Shown in pieces: positions 15,878-24,000 of a stretch of 24,000 nt of DNA (positions within the stretch are counted from its first letter, which is position 1; each line of letters begins with the position of its first letter). Both the position numbers and the translations under genes were made by a program. This DNA is from Rhodospirillales bacterium. GTDB taxonomy: Bacteria > Pseudomonadota > Alphaproteobacteria > Rhodospirillales > HT1-32. Under the pieces are notes generated by a model. It saw only the letters and a program-made list of their open reading frames with translations. It ran no database searches and was not told the origin of the DNA. The DNA lies in the NCBI GenBank assembly GCA_040219025.1, contig JAVJTE010000015.1, forward strand, positions 54,911 through 78,910, in the 5' to 3' direction.

Positions 15878-17920
15878 ATGCCTGATGGTGCGTCAAAACT
15901 GACTGAAAAGCCGAGTGTCTGTACGCTGGACTGTCCGGATACCTGCAGCCTGACCGTCACAGTCGCAGACGACCAGATCGTCAAGGTGCGGGGATCGCGG
16001 GCCAATCCGCTGACGGATGGTGCTATCTGCTCGAAGGTCTCCAACCTCACGCCGGAATTTGTTCATGGACCGGACCGCATCCTGACGCCGCTGCGTCGCA
16101 CCGGACCGCGCGGTGCCGGACAGTTCGAGGCAATCAGCTGGGATCAGGCACTGGATCTGGTGCATGAGGGATTGTCGCGGGTCATCAGCCAGTATGGCCC
16201 GCAGGCGGTGATTCCGTTCAATTACGCCGGGCCGCATGGGATTCTGGCACAGGATTCCATGTCCCTGCGGTTCTTCAATCGCCTTGGCGCATCACGCCTG
16301 ATCCGGGATTCACTCTGTGGCGGTGTTCGCGGACGGGCGGTTGCCTCCGTTCTGGGGCGGATTCCCGGTGCGACGATGGAACAGGCGGCGAAATCTGATC
16401 TGATCATTGTCTGGGGCAATAACGCGACCTGCTCGAACCTGCATCTGGTCCGTCACATCAATACGGCCCGGCGACAGGGGGCGAAGCTGATCGTCGTTGA
16501 CCCCCGCCGGGTCAAGATTGCCGCGAAGGCCGATATGCATCTGCCTGTCCGGCCGGGTGCAGATGTGGTTCTGGCCTGGGCGATTGCGGCGGAGATTGAG
16601 CGGACCGGTGGCGTGAACAGCGCTTTTGTCGACCAGCATGTGCTGGGTGCCGACCGTTTCCTTGACGCAGCGCGGGACTGGACGCCGGAGCGCGCAGAAG
16701 ACGCCAGTGGCGTGCCGGCAGAGGATATTCGCGAAGCGGCCCGCCTGTATGTTGCGGCGGAACGCCCGGTCATCGCCATCGGTAACGGGCTGGAACGCAA
16801 CCGGAATGGCGGTTCCGGCATCCGGGCGATCTGCGCACTGCCCGCACTGGCAGGCAAGTTCGGTGTCGAGGGGGCGGGTCTGATCTATTCCGCCAGCGCG
16901 ATTTTTCCGCGCACACCGGACCGGCTGCATCGCACCGATTTCTCTCCGGCGGGAACGCGCGCGCTCGATATCGTCGATCTGCCGGGACATATTCTGGATG
17001 ACAGCCTCGACCCGCCGGTGCGCGGTGCGGTGATCTATTCCCACAATCCGGTCATCGCCCTGCCGGATCAGGCGCAGGTCATTCGCGCGCTGAGGCATCC
17101 TGACCTGTTCACGGTCGGGATCGAGGCCGCGATGACGGACAGCATGCTGTATTGCGATGTCGTGCTGCCAGCCTGTACCAGCTTTGAACATGCCGATCTC
17201 TATGCGGCCTATGGCCAGAATTATCTGCAACGGGCAGAGGCGGTGGTGCCGCCGGTCGGTGAAAGCCGTCCGCTCACGGACATCTTCCGCAGCCTTGCTG
17301 CCCGTTTCGGATTTGACGATCCGGCGTTCACCGCCAGTGACGAACAGCTGATGGATGACGCCCTTGATGCATCCGATCCCCGGATGGGCGGGCTGAGGCC
17401 CGGCAGTCTGCGGGCCGGTGAGGCCGTGCCGATGCTCTATGACGGGCAGGTGCCGGTGCTGTTCAGATCGACTTTTCCGGCGACAGCCAGCGGCAGGATT
17501 GAACTCTGGTCCGACCGGCTGGCGACGGAGAGCGATCAGGGATTGCCAGGCTTTGTGCCGGTCACAAACGACTATCCGCTGGTGCTGATCAGCCCGGCCT
17601 CTGACCAGCGTGTGACCTCCACATTCGGCGGCTGTGCGGTTAATGCCGGAATGCCGCTGCTGGAAATGCATCCCTCGGATGCGGCTGCACGGGGGCTGTC
17701 GGATGGTGTGAAGGTCCGGGTCTGGAATGATCTGGGTGAGGTACATCTGATCCTTCAGGTGACAACCGCGGTGCGACCGGGTGTTGTCTCCTCTGACAAA
17801 GGGGCCTGGATGAAAACCAGCGACAACGGCCAGACGATCTCGGCGCTGGCACCGACCGGGCTTGGTGATCTTGGCGGTGCCTGCTTCAACGATGCCCGCG
17901 TTGATGTTGGTGGCGTTTAG
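15878..17920 (+). CDS. Molybdopterin-dependent oxidoreductase (DMSO-reductase/MopB superfamily), cytoplasmic, substrate unknown
   Basis: The ORF opens at 15758. I favour ATG 15878 (GGAGA 5 nt upstream; alternatives are 15863 and 15827). N-terminal Fe-S Cys cluster VCTLDCPDTCSLTVTV...GAICSK. MopB core (IIVWGNNATCSN, KLIVVDPRR). C-terminal molybdopterin-binding barrel (LEMHPSDAAARGLSDGVKVRVWNDLGEVHLILQVT). No twin-arginine signal and no in-frame TGA. Confidence 0.9.
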   Translation: MPDGASKLTEKPSVCTLDCPDTCSLTVTVADDQIVKVRGSRANPLTDGAICSKVSNLTPEFVHGPDRILTPLRRTGPRGAGQFEAISWDQALDLVHEGLSRVISQYGPQAVIPFNYAGPHGILAQDSMSLRFFNRLGASRLIRDSLCGGVRGRAVASVLGRIPGATMEQAAKSDLIIVWGNNATCSNLHLVRHINTARRQGAKLIVVDPRRVKIAAKADMHLPVRPGADVVLAWAIAAEIERTGGVNSAFVDQHVLGADRFLDAARDWTPERAEDASGVPAEDIREAARLYVAAERPVIAIGNGLERNRNGGSGIRAICALPALAGKFGVEGAGLIYSASAIFPRTPDRLHRTDFSPAGTRALDIVDLPGHILDDSLDPPVRGAVIYSHNPVIALPDQAQVIRALRHPDLFTVGIEAAMTDSMLYCDVVLPACTSFEHADLYAAYGQNYLQRAEAVVPPVGESRPLTDIFRSLAARFGFDDPAFTASDEQLMDDALDASDPRMGGLRPGSLRAGEAVPMLYDGQVPVLFRSTFPATASGRIELWSDRLATESDQGLPGFVPVTNDYPLVLISPASDQRVTSTFGGCAVNAGMPLLEMHPSDAAARGLSDGVKVRVWNDLGEVHLILQVTTAVRPGVVSSDKGAWMKTSDNGQTISALAPTGLGDLGGACFNDARVDVGGV

Positions 17921-17933
17921 CTGCTGCTGGCGA

Positions 17934-17972
17934 CCCCCGGACTTCTGAATCCTGCTTGCCGTGGTCCGGGGG
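17934..17972 (+). terminator. GC-rich hairpin downstream of the molybdoenzyme gene (terminator function uncertain)
   Basis: CCCCCGGAC (17934-17942) pairs perfectly with GTCCGGGGG (17964-17972). The loop is 21 nt and no T-run follows. Confidence 0.25.
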
Positions 17973-18135
17973 CGTGGCGAGCGGAACTGGCGCTGTCTTC
18001 GTCCTGAGGAGGACAAAGTCCGTCTCGAAGGATGGCAGGCGGCTTCCCATTCTTGCGCCCTGCAGGGTCGGGTGATAGTTTCCCCAGCTTCCGGTTAATT
18101 TGCCGGTTTACCTGCAATTTCTGAAGTGTGAAGCC

Positions 18136-18423
18136 ATGTCGCTGGATCGCGAAGCCGTGAGCAAAATTGCCCATCTTGCCCGTATTGAGGTGCCCGAAAG
18201 CCGCCTCGACGGACTGGCAGGGGAACTGGACAATATCATCAACTGGGTCGAACAGCTGGCTGAGGTCAATACCGACAATGTCGAGCCGATGACCCGTGTC
18301 GGCGACCGCAAGATGCCGATGCGCGACGACGTGGTGACTGATGGCGAGAAGCAGGCCGATGTCACCGCCAACGCGCCGGTGTCTCAGGACGGCTTCTATC
18401 TGGTGCCGAAGGTGGTTGAGTGA
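18136..18423 (+). CDS. gatC: Asp-tRNA(Asn)/Glu-tRNA(Gln) amidotransferase subunit C
   Basis: [52 protein letters not shown] is canonical GatC. The start is taken at ATG 18136 (Met13 of the 18100 ORF). Confidence 0.95.
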   Translation: MSLDREAVSKIAHLARIEVPESRLDGLAGELDNIINWVEQLAEVNTDNVEPMTRVGDRKMPMRDDVVTDGEKQADVTANAPVSQDGFYLVPKVVE

Positions 18424-19892
18424 TGAGTGATATTCTGGATCTCTCGCTGGCCGGTGCACGCGATGCGATGGCCAATGGCCAGCTGACCTCGCTGGAACTG
18501 ACGGATGCCTATATTGTTGCCGCCGAGCGTGCCCGTGATCTGAACATCTATATTACGGAGACGTTTGACCGGGCCCGCGAAGGGGCGAAAGCCTCTGATG
18601 CACGCCGGGCAAAAGGCAAGGTCGGGCTGGTTGAAGGTCAGCCACTGGCGATCAAGGATCTGTTCTGCACTGAAGGCGTTCTGACCACCGCTGCCTCGCA
18701 TATCCTCGACGGCTTCACGCCGACCTATGAATCGACCGTTACCGCCAACCTCTGGCGCAACGGGGCGGTAATGCTGGGCAAGACGAACATGGATGAATTC
18801 GCCATGGGCTCGTCGAACATGACCAGCTATTACGGCGGCGTCCGCAACCCCTGGAAGACCGGTAACCGGGATCTGGTGCCGGGCGGGTCATCCGGCGGCT
18901 CTGCCTCTGCCGTTTCCGGCTATGCGGCGATTGCGGCCACGGGTACGGATACCGGCGGCTCGATCCGCCAGCCCGCATCCTTCTGCGGCATCGTCGGCAT
19001 CAAGCCGACCTATGGCCGCTGCTCGCGCTGGGGAACCGTTGCCTTTGCCTCGTCACTGGATCAGGCCGGACCGATGACCCGGACGGTACGGGATGCGGCG
19101 ATCATGCTGCGCGCCATGGCCGGGCACGACCCGAAGGATGCGACATCGGACGAGCGGGCGATCCCGGATTTCGAGGCGGCGCTGACCGGCGATATCCGCG
19201 GCATGAAGATCGGTATCCCGCGTGAATATCAGCTCGACGGCCTGCCGGAGGAAATCAGCAAACTCTGGGCGCAAGGGCGTCAGTGGCTGACGGATGCCGG
19301 TGCCGAATGCGTCGATGTGTCGCTGCCGCATACGAAATATGCGCTGCCGACCTATTATATTGTTGCCCCGGCAGAAGCCTCCTCCAACCTGGCCCGCTAT
19401 GACGGCGTGCGCTTCGGCCTGCGGGTTGAGGGCGACAGTCTGGACGAGATGTATGCAAAGACACGGGCAGCCGGATTTGGTGATGAGGTCCAGCGCCGGG
19501 TATTGATTGGCGCCTACGTCCTGTCTGCAGGTTACTACGATGCCTATTACATCAAGGCGCAGAAAGTTCGCGCGCTGATCGCCCGCGACTTTGACGAGGT
19601 CTTCGGCAAGGTCGATGCCATCCTGACCCCGACCGCGCCGAATGCGGCGTTCGGCATGGGGGAACAGATGGATGACCCGATCAAGATGTTCCTGAACGAT
19701 GTCTTTACCGTTCCGGCCAGCCTGGCCGGCATTCCCGGCATGTCGGTGCCTGCGGGCCTGTCTGCGGAGGGGCTGCCGCTGGGCTTGCAGATACTCGGTA
19801 AAAGCTTTGACGAGGAAACTGTCCTCCGCGTTGGCGGTGTACTGGAACAGGCGGCGGGCTTTACCGCCAAACCATCCTGGCTGGAGGGCTGA
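18423..19892 (+). CDS. gatA: Asp-tRNA(Asn)/Glu-tRNA(Gln) amidotransferase subunit A
   Basis: Amidase signature [11 protein letters not shown] and [15 protein letters not shown]. The start ATG 18423 overlaps the gatC stop (TGATG); GTG 18420 is the alternative. Confidence 0.97.
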   Translation: MSDILDLSLAGARDAMANGQLTSLELTDAYIVAAERARDLNIYITETFDRAREGAKASDARRAKGKVGLVEGQPLAIKDLFCTEGVLTTAASHILDGFTPTYESTVTANLWRNGAVMLGKTNMDEFAMGSSNMTSYYGGVRNPWKTGNRDLVPGGSSGGSASAVSGYAAIAATGTDTGGSIRQPASFCGIVGIKPTYGRCSRWGTVAFASSLDQAGPMTRTVRDAAIMLRAMAGHDPKDATSDERAIPDFEAALTGDIRGMKIGIPREYQLDGLPEEISKLWAQGRQWLTDAGAECVDVSLPHTKYALPTYYIVAPAEASSNLARYDGVRFGLRVEGDSLDEMYAKTRAAGFGDEVQRRVLIGAYVLSAGYYDAYYIKAQKVRALIARDFDEVFGKVDAILTPTAPNAAFGMGEQMDDPIKMFLNDVFTVPASLAGIPGMSVPAGLSAEGLPLGLQILGKSFDEETVLRVGGVLEQAAGFTAKPSWLEG

Positions 19893-19896
19893 TCAG

Positions 19897-21360
19897 ATGG
19901 CGTCCTATATCATTCAGGGTGAAACCGGCGACTGGGAAGTCGTGATCGGTCTCGAAGTTCACGCCCAGGTTGTCTCTAACGCCAAGCTGTTTTCCGGCTC
20001 CTCCACATCATTCGGCGCTCCCCAGAACAGCCATGTTTCGCTGGTTGACGCGGCGATGCCCGGCATGCTGCCGGTGATCAACCGGAAATGCGTTGAACAG
20101 GCGGTCCGCACCGGGCTTGGCCTGAAGGCGGCGATCAACAATTACTCGATCTTCGATCGCAAGAACTACTTCTATGCAGATCTGCCCTTCGGCTATCAGA
20201 TCAGCCAGTTCAAGCAGCCTGTGGTGGGTGAGGGGACGGTGGTGCTGGACTTTGAAGACGGCTCCACCCGAGAGGTCGGGATCGAGCGGCTGCATCTGGA
20301 ACAGGATGCCGGCAAGTCGATCCATGACCTGCATCCGACACAATCGGCCATCGACCTGAACCGGGCCGGTGTTGCGCTGATGGAAATCGTCTCGAAACCG
20401 GACATGCGGTCACCGGAGGAGGCAGGGCTTTACTTGCGCAAGCTACGCTCGATCCTGCGCTATCTCGGTACCTGCGACGGCAATATGGAAGAAGGCTCCA
20501 TGCGGGCCGATGTGAACGTCTCGGTTCGCAAGGTCGGTGATACGGAACTGAATACGCGCTGCGAGATCAAGAACGTCAACTCCGTCCGCTTCGTGATGCA
20601 GGCCATCGAGGTTGAGGCCGAACGCCAGATCGAAGTCTGGGAGAGCGGTCAGGAAGTCCGGCAGGAAACCCGTCTGTTCGACCCGAACAAGGGCGAGACC
20701 CGGTCCATGCGGTCGAAGGAAATGGCCCACGATTACCGCTATTTCCCGGATCCGGACCTGTTGCCGCTGGAACTGGATCAGGCCTGGGTGGACGAGATTG
20801 CGGCGAGCCTGCCGGAACTGCCGGACGAAAAGGCTGACCGCTTCATGTCGCAATATGGCCTGTCGGCCTATGATGCCCGTGTGCTGGTTGCTGAACGCGA
20901 GATCGCGGCATATTTCGAGACTGCGGCAGAGGGCCGTGACGGCAAACAGGCCGCCAACTGGGTGACCGGCAACCTGTTCGGGGCGCTGAACAAGGCGGGA
21001 CTGGATGTCGCCGACAGTCCGGTTTCTGCGGCCAGCCTCGGCAGGCTGCTTGATCTGATCTCGGAAGATGTGATTTCCGGCAAGATCGCCAAGAATATCT
21101 TCGAGATCATGTTCGCGGACGGCAACGATCCTGACCCGGCAAAGATCGTCGAGGAAAAGGGCCTGAAACAGGTAACGGATACCGGTGCCATCGAGGCGCT
21201 GGTGGATGCGGCTATCGCCGCCAACCCGGACAAGGTGGCCGAGATCCGGGCCGGCAAGGACAAGCTGAAAGGCTGGTTTGTCGGGCAGGTGATGAAAGCC
21301 AGTCAGGGCAAGGCCAACCCGGCCATGGTCAACGAGCTGCTGGACAGGAAGATCGGCTGA
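19897..21360 (+). CDS. gatB: Asp-tRNA(Asn)/Glu-tRNA(Gln) amidotransferase subunit B
   Basis: [25 protein letters not shown]...[17 protein letters not shown]...[10 protein letters not shown]. The start at ATG 19897 is preceded by GGAGGG. The track ORF's 66-aa N-terminal extension overlaps gatA and is rejected. Confidence 0.97.
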   Translation: MASYIIQGETGDWEVVIGLEVHAQVVSNAKLFSGSSTSFGAPQNSHVSLVDAAMPGMLPVINRKCVEQAVRTGLGLKAAINNYSIFDRKNYFYADLPFGYQISQFKQPVVGEGTVVLDFEDGSTREVGIERLHLEQDAGKSIHDLHPTQSAIDLNRAGVALMEIVSKPDMRSPEEAGLYLRKLRSILRYLGTCDGNMEEGSMRADVNVSVRKVGDTELNTRCEIKNVNSVRFVMQAIEVEAERQIEVWESGQEVRQETRLFDPNKGETRSMRSKEMAHDYRYFPDPDLLPLELDQAWVDEIAASLPELPDEKADRFMSQYGLSAYDARVLVAEREIAAYFETAAEGRDGKQAANWVTGNLFGALNKAGLDVADSPVSAASLGRLLDLISEDVISGKIAKNIFEIMFADGNDPDPAKIVEEKGLKQVTDTGAIEALVDAAIAANPDKVAEIRAGKDKLKGWFVGQVMKASQGKANPAMVNELLDRKIG

Positions 21361-21759
21361 TGCCCGGCCTGTGCCCGGGGACATGCAACCGGACCGGCAG
21401 TAGCAATGGATGACTGACTGATGTGTTTTCCGGCTGTCTGCCGGCATCCCTTCTGTGTCTTCAAGATCAGTCCGGACGACCTTAGCCATGTGACCGCCGC
21501 GGTCCTGTCACAGAATCTGACATCCTGAATGAACGGGATGATCATATCGGAAAATACTTACGAGGTTTGGGTGGCGACAATTATGATCAATCACCTATGG
21601 TGAAACAGAGACAGAGGGGGAACCAACTGCATCTGGAAGAGCAGAAATGGCAGATTCAGGTTTCCGGAATAGAGCATTGCATGAATCACCTTCGGCTGGT
21701 GGCCGTTCCATAACCGGTTGTTCAGGGATGTCGCGATGCCAGGCTGAAAGTACCGCCCC

Positions 21760-24000
21760 ATGACGGGGGTTCTGGACTTGTCCGGATATTTCGCCGTTGG
21801 TCTCGACAGCGAAACAGCGCTTTCAGCGACCTACAGCCCGCTGCTGGTGGTGATTTCCTTCCTGATCGCCGCGCTTGCCGGGTTTGCCTTCATTCACCTG
21901 TCGCACTGGATTGCCGAGCAGAAACCCTCTTTTGTGCGGACCAGCTGGATCGTCACTGGTGCCCTGATCATGGGGCTTGGCGTCTGGGCAATGCATTTCG
22001 TCGGCATGATTGCTTATCAGATTCCGGTTCCGGTCATTTATGACCCGGCTATTACCGCGTCCTCGGCCCTGCCGGCGGTGATTGCCAGTGCGCTCAGTCT
22101 GCAAATGGTTGCCCGGTCGCGGGTCGGCTATCTCCGGCTCGTCCTCGGTGGCGTCGTGCTCGGTGGTGGCATCGGTATGATGCACTACACCGGTATGGCA
22201 GCGATGGAGATGGAAGCCTTCGTGCGCTATGACCCGGCGCTGTTTGCCGCCTCGATACTGGTCGCCATTATTCTGGCAATCTGTGCGCTCTGGGTGGCCA
22301 GGCGGCGAACCCGTAACCCGTTTTCGGTCATTACCTTCATTCGGGAGCTCTACTCGGCGATCCTGATCGGGGCCGCCGTCGCCGGCATGCATTACACGGC
22401 GATGAGTTCGACTCTTTGTTTTGCCACCGGCAACAGGGCTGTCGAGAGCCCGGGGATGGATGCCGCTCTGCTGGCGGTGCTGACCACGATTGTGGCGGTG
22501 ATGATTCTGATTGCCGGGATTGCCGCTGTCATCTTTGATCGCCGTCTGACCATCGCGGTACGCAATCAGGAGCGGGCGACAGACCAGGCCGCAGAGGCTG
22601 ACCGCCGGCTGAACGAGGCGGTTGAAGCAATGTCGGGAAGTCTGGCCCTGTTTGATGCCGGCGAACGGCTGGTTTTCAGCAACTCCCAGTTCCGGACGTT
22701 GTACGGTCTGCAGCAGGCAGAGCAAGACGGGGGTCTGTTCTATCAGACGGTCCTCGACTGGCATGTTGCGGATTACGAGAGCTTCCGGCGTAACAGGGAT
22801 CCGGGTGCCCGGGATGTCGTAAAGCGGTTGCGGGAAAGTCGCGATCGGGGGCAACCGATCACGCTGGAGGGCAGAAACAGTCGCTGGTTGATGATCAGGC
22901 AGCACCGGACGGTCAACGATGGTACCGTGTTTCTGTGCACGGATGTGACCGATATCCGCCAGACCGAAGCTCTGCTGGAACAGCAGCAGAATCGTCTGCG
23001 GCTGATCATGGACAACGTTGCCGACGCGGTTCTGACAATCAGTTCCGAAGGTGTGATCGAGTCCTTCAACCGTGCGGCAGAGCGTATCTTCGGCTTCCCG
23101 GAAGAGGAGATTGTCGGCCAGCCTGTATCCCGTCTGACCGCCACAGATCCGAAAATGATGCGGGGCGACCGGTTCAGGCAGTATCTGGAAGACCCGGCCA
23201 TCCGGTCTGCTGGCAGCGACAGTTTTGAGATTGTCTGCCGGCACAGAAACGGAACGACTATTTTTGTTGAAGCGGTGTTGTCGGAGGTCAGTGAAGACGA
23301 ACGGAGCGTCATCGTCGGGGCCTTCCGCGATATTACAGAACGCCGGCTGAATTCCATCGCGCTGGAGAAGGCCAGGACCCAGGCCGAGAAGGCCAGTATG
23401 GCCAAGACGGAATTCATCTCGCATATGAGCCATGAACTGCGCACACCGCTGAATGCGGTGATCGGCATGGCAGAAGCCCTGCTGATGATTGAATCACTTC
23501 GCACCGACCCGGCACAGTTACAGGAATATCTGACCGATATTGTCGCCAGCGGTCGCCATCAGCTGACGCTGGTGAATGACATGCTTGATCTGTCGACCAT
23601 CGAAAGCGGTGGCCGGGCAAAGACGATCGAATCGTTCGATATCTGCGGAGAATGTGAAAACATTATCCGGCCGTTTCAGAAATCGATTGAAGGAAAGTCT
23701 GTCAGCATCACGCTGATCCTTACAGAAAACCCGGTCTCCATCCGCGCGGACCGGCAGTCATTCAATCAGGTTCTGATAAATCTGCTGAGCAACGCCGTCA
23801 CCCATGCCGGTGAAGATCTGGAGATCACGGTGCGGCTGGACGACCGCTCATCCGACCGGAATATCGGCCTGTCGGTTGCTGACAATGGCAGAGGTATGCC
23901 GGATGACCTGGTGAAGGAACTGGGTCAGCCCTTTCCGCTGATCCGCTCCGCCTATGTGCGCTCCAATGATCAGGCAGCCGTATCCGGAACCGGTCTGGGC
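21760..24000 (+). CDS. MHYT-domain sensor histidine kinase (MHYT x3 - PAS - PAS - HisKA - HATPase_c), 3' end outside the window
   Basis: Not in the ORF track because no stop falls in the window. Frame 1 is open from ATG 21760 (in-frame TGA at 21745) through 24000. My translation gives MTGVLDLSGYFAVGL..., with MHFVGM (21991), MHYTGM (22180) and MHYTAM (22387) in hydrophobic helices. PAS-like segments (AVEAMSGSLALFDAGERLVFSN; IMDNVADAVLTISSEGVIESFNRAAERIFGF). H-box [23 protein letters not shown] (~23410), N-box LLSNAVTH, and DNGRGM ... GTGLG at the window edge. Confidence 0.9.
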   Translation, partial: MTGVLDLSGYFAVGLDSETALSATYSPLLVVISFLIAALAGFAFIHLSHWIAEQKPSFVRTSWIVTGALIMGLGVWAMHFVGMIAYQIPVPVIYDPAITASSALPAVIASALSLQMVARSRVGYLRLVLGGVVLGGGIGMMHYTGMAAMEMEAFVRYDPALFAASILVAIILAICALWVARRRTRNPFSVITFIRELYSAILIGAAVAGMHYTAMSSTLCFATGNRAVESPGMDAALLAVLTTIVAVMILIAGIAAVIFDRRLTIAVRNQERATDQAAEADRRLNEAVEAMSGSLALFDAGERLVFSNSQFRTLYGLQQAEQDGGLFYQTVLDWHVADYESFRRNRDPGARDVVKRLRESRDRGQPITLEGRNSRWLMIRQHRTVNDGTVFLCTDVTDIRQTEALLEQQQNRLRLIMDNVADAVLTISSEGVIESFNRAAERIFGFPEEEIVGQPVSRLTATDPKMMRGDRFRQYLEDPAIRSAGSDSFEIVCRHRNGTTIFVEAVLSEVSEDERSVIVGAFRDITERRLNSIALEKARTQAEKASMAKTEFISHMSHELRTPLNAVIGMAEALLMIESLRTDPAQLQEYLTDIVASGRHQLTLVNDMLDLSTIESGGRAKTIESFDICGECENIIRPFQKSIEGKSVSITLILTENPVSIRADRQSFNQVLINLLSNAVTHAGEDLEITVRLDDRSSDRNIGLSVADNGRGMPDDLVKELGQPFPLIRSAYVRSNDQAAVSGTGLG

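Noticed and set aside
21597-21713. Small ORFs in the gatB-kinase intergenic region: 38 aa MVKQRQRGNQLHLEEQKW... at 21597..21713, and 35 aa MCFPAVCRHPFC... at 21421..21528.
   Set aside because: They have no Shine-Dalgarno sequence, no recognisable motif and atypical composition. They cannot be distinguished from random ORFs without conservation or ribosome-profiling data.
1-24000. Searched by eye for CRISPR repeats, IS/transposase or integrase genes, tRNA/rRNA genes, toxin-antitoxin pairs and known defence-system signatures.
   Set aside because: None found. All sizeable ORFs with coding character are accounted for by housekeeping, signalling or hydrolase/oxidoreductase genes. No spaced direct-repeat array or terminal inverted repeats were seen.

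Overview
This window looks like chromosomal core DNA from a roughly 60% G+C bacterium, most likely an alphaproteobacterium. The lineage call rests on a DUF1476/zeta-subunit gene, split purS-purQ-purL, a bolA-grxD pair and gatCAB. Nearly all of it is densely packed, recognisable housekeeping genes: the rpsD 3' end, grxD, bolA, purC-purS-purQ-purL, purB and gatC-gatA-gatB. Interspersed are three large membrane sensor proteins (a CHASE-PAS histidine kinase, a Cache-HAMP class III nucleotidyl cyclase, and an MHYT-PAS-PAS histidine kinase that runs off the 3' end). Also present are two Cys-type Ntn-hydrolase-like proteins (NRDE/TANGO2-like and acid-ceramidase/NAAA-like), a TPR protein translationally coupled to a DsbA-like isomerase, and a divergent MarR-like regulator / cytoplasmic molybdopterin oxidoreductase pair. 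I found no CRISPR array, transposase, integrase, tRNA/rRNA gene, phage gene or recognisable defence system, and I do not claim a novel multi-gene system here. The one locus the protein-coding features do not explain is 15.44-15.76 kb. It holds a ~17% G+C island (hand count) and, on the minus strand, a promoter-like element, a ~185-nt strongly structured RNA with C-rich unpaired segments, and an intrinsic terminator. These sit just upstream of the MarR-like gene and back-to-back with the molybdoenzyme gene. The many long antisense ORFs in the six-frame track are rejected as GC-rich shadow ORFs.
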